Source: Lobosporangium transversale (lineage: Eukaryota). Taken from it: a stretch of 64,000 bases of DNA. The notes below the pieces were generated by a model. It had not been told where the DNA came from and did not search any database. It worked only from the letters and a program-made list of their open reading frames with translations. The translations under genes were made by a program, and so were the position numbers. The stretch is from contig NW_019029010.1 in the NCBI RefSeq assembly GCF_002105155.1, positions 1 through 64,000 of the forward strand, given 5' to 3'. Below are positions 59,830 to 64,000 of this stretch, one piece after another (the stretch's first letter is position 1; every line of letters begins with the position of its first letter).

Positions 59830-61743
59830 ATGCTGCACAAACATATCGACTCGGATGAAGCGCTCAAGCTTGCCAAGAAATCTATTCACACACACATTGG
59901 CAAAGCCAGAGATCTGCATAGTTTGGCCTATGGCTCGCGATATGCTACCGAAGACATCCCAAGGTTCAAGCTTCCAGAGCATATGACCGATGCAAAGGCT
60001 ACTTATCAACTTATTCATGATGAGCTTGATTTAGATGGCAGACCCAATACGAACCTAGCATCCTTTGGTATTAACTTTTTTTTTTTTTTTTTTTTTTTGA
60101 TAATATATGAAGAGAAAACGCGCCTTGTTAGTTCCAATGTATTAACAGCCCTTGTCTCCTTGCTACTAGTCACCACTTGGATGGAGCCAGAGGCAAACCA
60201 GCTTGTGGTGGAAAACATCAACAAAAACCTCTCTGATCAGGTTTGTCAAAAAAAAAAAAAAAAAAAAAAATATTTGATATATTTATTGATTGTAAGAATT
60301 AACACATTACTTACGTATCTTATTAAAAAAAAAAAAAAAAAATGTAGGATGAATATCCCGCTACTATGAAGATCCATGCCAGATGCATTTCCATCCTTGG
60401 TGATTTGTGGAAGAGCAAAGGAGCCGTTGGCACTTCGACCATCGGCTCTTCAGAAGGTGTTCAGCTTGGAGGCCTAGCCATGAAGAAAAGATGGCAAGCC
60501 AAACGAAAAGCCGAAGGCAAAGATACCTCGAGGCCCAACATTGTGATGGGAAATAATGCTCAAGTAGCCCTAGAGAAATTCGCCCGTTATTTTGATGTCG
60601 AATGTCGCATGATTCCTGTCACTGCCGAGAGCCATTATTGTCTGGACATCAAGAAGGCAGCGGAGGCTTGTGACGAGAACACAATTGGTGTCTATGTTAT
60701 CCTCGGAAGTACTTACACAGGCCACTTTGAGGATGTGGAGGGTATGGCTAATGAACTGGATAGGATCCAAGAAGAGAAAGGATGGGATATCCCTATCCAT
60801 GTCGACGGAGCCAGTGGTGCCTTCGTAGCCCCACTTGCATTCCCAAAAGTTAAATGGAGTTTTGAGTTGCCTCGTGTCAAATCCATCAACGTTTCGGGCC
60901 ATAAGTACGGCCTTGCGTATCCTGGTATCGGATGGGTCCTCTGGAGGGATGAAGAATATTTACCTCAGGAGCTTATATTTACCCTCACATATTTGGGGGC
61001 TGAGGAGAAGACATTTACTCTCAACTTCTCGCGTCCGGCTTGTTTCATGGTATGTGATTATTTTAATTTTACTACTCTTTCTTTCTTTTTAAAACAAAAA
61101 GGTCTTATTAATGCTTAAATCGCAACCTATCTTTTTTTTTTTTTTTTTTTTGGTCTTATAGATTGCCCAATACTATAACTTTGTTCGCCTCGGAAGAGAG
61201 GGCTATTCATCCATCATCCGTAACAGCCTTGAAAACGCAAGGACCCTGTCTTTTGCGTTGGAGTATTCTGGTTATTATGATGTTATTTCGGATATGCACC
61301 GTGCCAAAGGCGTCCATGGGTATGAGCGTAAGACCGGTATCGAGGCAGTCAAGGAGTCACTCAAGAATATGACTGACTATAATCCAGCTCTACCCGTCGT
61401 GGCCTTTAAGCTCACAGACGAGTTCAAGCGCAAAAACCCTCGTGTCAAACAAAAATCAATCTCGACGCTGTTGCGTGCTCGTGGCTGGATTATCCCCAAC
61501 TATGCTCTCCCACCTAATGAGGATAAAACTGAGATCCTTCGTATTGTTGTCCGTGAGTCTCTCAGCCAGGATTTGGTAGACAGTGTTACACGCGATCTGG
61601 TCTGGGCAGCCAAGACACTTGAAGAAAGTGAGAGTAGCTTTGATGCAGAGGTCTTTTCCAAGAACTACGACCCTGTTAGTGAAGCGCATAAAATGCAAAA
61701 AGGTGGAGAGGATGAGAATAAGACTCATGGAAGGCAATGTTAG
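59830..61743 (+). CDS. GAD1: Glutamate decarboxylase (group II PLP-dependent); 4 exons (59830-60067, 60170-60240, 60348-61049, 61162-61743)
   Basis: NLASFVTTWME, DEYP, STIGSSEG, IHVDGASGAFVAP, SINVSGHKYG (PLP Lys), FTLNFSRP and IAQYYNF. Splices keep the frame. TATATAAA at ~59724. Confidence 0.95.
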
Positions 61744-63792
61744 GGTATGAAAGCAGGTAATGATTAAATACGTATGCTCATTCATGTTGTAATTAGAAGC
61801 GACTTGGTTCACAGCCTATGTACGTGTAAATAATGTCCCCTTTCTTATCCTCATGAATAGATCGAGGAAACAAATAAAAAGAAACAGCTCGATTATTGTG
61901 CTGGCTCATTGCTCCTTTGCACTCATTGGATTCATCAGACGCGATAGATTTATTACAGTCCGAACAACAGTGTCCATTATAAATAAAAAATGAAATGTAC
62001 TTCTTTATGTTCGTCAGCCCTCCGTATTTTCAGTCTTACTTCTCTATAAAGCGTAGAAATAGCACACATCTGTTTTTGCTTGGTCATAGCAGGGAGGTAT
62101 CGGTCGATGGAGCAAATGCTCTTGAGGAAGAGAACAGATCCAACTTTATCATAGGCGTTTTTGAGCTTCTCCTCTCCAATAATCGGCCTCTGCTTGAAGT
62201 CGAGCCAAGCACGGGTTCATCCTTATCTTCAACTTAATAAATATCATTCTGAGGTACATGTCTTCCCGAAGGAATAGCATACAAGGATATTCAACCATAC
62301 CAGCACGTACAAATCGGAAAAAAGATCAAGACAAGGGCTGCAGATACAATTTTACCCATGTTGGAGACATTCTTTGTGTACTTACAATAACGCAGCATGC
62401 TGTTACACAGTGTCCTCTTTCATTTTGAGAAAACAGGAAATCTGCATAACATTTGTAAACATGTCTTTGATTCCGCTCTTCTGCATATCTGCTCGTATAG
62501 CATTAACAGCTTGGGATTGCTGCATTATAGAAGTGTCATGGAGATTCAGTGACACAACAATTGTACTGGAAACAATGATCTAATTGTCATACCTCTATGT
62601 TTGTTGAGCTGCTCAATCATCTCATATATATTATTCCGTAAGGAATTAAAAGTAAAGGCAAGTGATTCGAGCGATAAACGTAATCCTTGTTGGTTTGCCT
62701 CTAATTCTTTGATTAGCATCCAACAATCCTCTTTATCAGCCAATGTTAGTATATACATCTACAGTATATTATAATAATAAATGTGTTCGGTTCGGTTAGT
62801 ATAAGAGACCAACTTAATTAAACAATGAGCGTAAACCAGATTTGGCTATAACACATGTCGAGGCTATGGCACGCTGGCTTCTATCCTTGCCACCTTCTAG
62901 GCTTCTCTAGTTGCTCATGCCTGTAATCAACGCGTATCCTCCATAATGCTTTTATTTGGTTTTATGCGGCCTCCGGAAACATGGCCTTTACTTGCTTTAT
63001 TTGTGCCAAAGCATTGTCTGTTGATGGAAGTAAAAGATACACATCTATGAAGAAATCTGTCTGACCCATACCATTCTAACGGAAAAACAATAAGAGCTGT
63101 AGCAGGAATAGGGATGCAAATTGATGGGAGGATGAGGACGAGGCGAGAGTGAGCAGGGCGAGGGCAAAGAAATGGTTTAGTTGTAAATAATAACAGTAAT
63201 GAGACTGTGCTATTGGTTGAATACGAAAATTTCCCTTGCTTGTCACGACTTTAAGGTTTGGGCTGTTGCATGTTTAAATGTGTCTTCGGGCCCTCGAACA
63301 TATTTTGGTCTTTATTCTTCTGATAGGACGAATGCTTTGCAGATTATCTGATTTCATTTTAATGGAACGGTGGAATGGTAATACACACAAAATATAGAAT
63401 TTACACAAAAGACGACTGTACACAGTAAGATTTATACCGTGCAACATTGGTCTTACTATTCTACATGACCGGTGTGAGCATATTTAGTCCTGTACTCTGT
63501 ACGCAATACTTTCGGAAGATATGACTTTCAGAATGATTAGAATTAGGTTCAAGTCAAGTGAAGGTCATTTTGTTTGTCTTTCAAGCATGTAAAAGGCATC
63601 CGCCATCATTGAGCATACTTTAACCACATGTACAAAATGTGTCTACGATATGACGATATAATAATCATAATAGCAATAATAGCAGTAAACAAGAAAAGTA
63701 TTGAATATTCTCCAAAGTATGTCTATCCGTACCGCAAGCCATTGCTCTAGAAGTGGGTTTGGTTAATGGTTGCAGTTTACCGCTTCTATTTA

Positions 63793-64000
63793 TTATATCA
63801 TTTCTATATATCTATCCTTGCTTGGCAAGCTGTCTTCTATAAACGAGTAGGGAATAGCTTGAAGGAGCTTTCTAGCAGTTGTGGTAGGTGGCACGGACAG
63901 AGCTGAGGTGGTCATTGTTGGTACCGCTCTCGCTTGGGAGGATACCCTTGAAGAGACGGACGGATCCAACTCTGCCACCGACGTTGTTGAGCTTGCCCCA
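63793..64000 (-). CDS. Possible 3' part or exon of a gene entering from beyond the window
   Basis: Frame is open to the window edge and Ser/Thr-rich; no family recognised. Confidence 0.25.
   Translation of the reverse strand, partial: GASSTTSVAELDPSVSSRVSSQARAVPTMTTSALSVPPTTTARKLLQAIPYSFIEDSLPSKDRYIEMI

Noticed and set aside
1..64000. CRISPR array, rRNA/tRNA genes or prokaryotic operon structure
   Set aside because: No repeat-spacer arrays or recognisable structural RNAs seen by eye. Spliceosomal introns show the DNA is eukaryotic.

Overview
Eukaryotic (fungal) genomic DNA with GT-AG introns, TATA-like boxes and many long poly-A/T tracts. The gene content suggests Mortierellaceae/Mucoromycota (inference, not searched). 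Ordinary genes: a conserved hypothetical protein, CHR chromate transporter, BBE-like FAD oxidoreductase, GH18-CBM5/12 chitinase, Sch9/Ypk-type AGC kinase, malonyl-CoA decarboxylase, Sec24C/Sfb3-like protein and glutamate decarboxylase. These are interleaved with immune-like accessory blocks. (1) A tandem trio of intronless AIG1/GIMAP-like GTPases, the third a pseudogene. (2) Two bacterial-style NACHT-pentapeptide-WD40 NLR-like genes, one lacking the N-terminal helical domain. They flank a ~4.7 kb decayed segment bounded by ~400 bp degenerate inverted repeats, which hides a tandemly duplicated gene whose second copy carries a frameshifted Dicer-type RNase III domain not shown by the ORF track. 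(3) A small secreted 8-Cys peptide gene divergent from a 28-aa RNI-type LRR gene. (4) A decayed PD-(D/E)XK-like nuclease gene. Exon boundaries and alignments were read by hand and are predictions.
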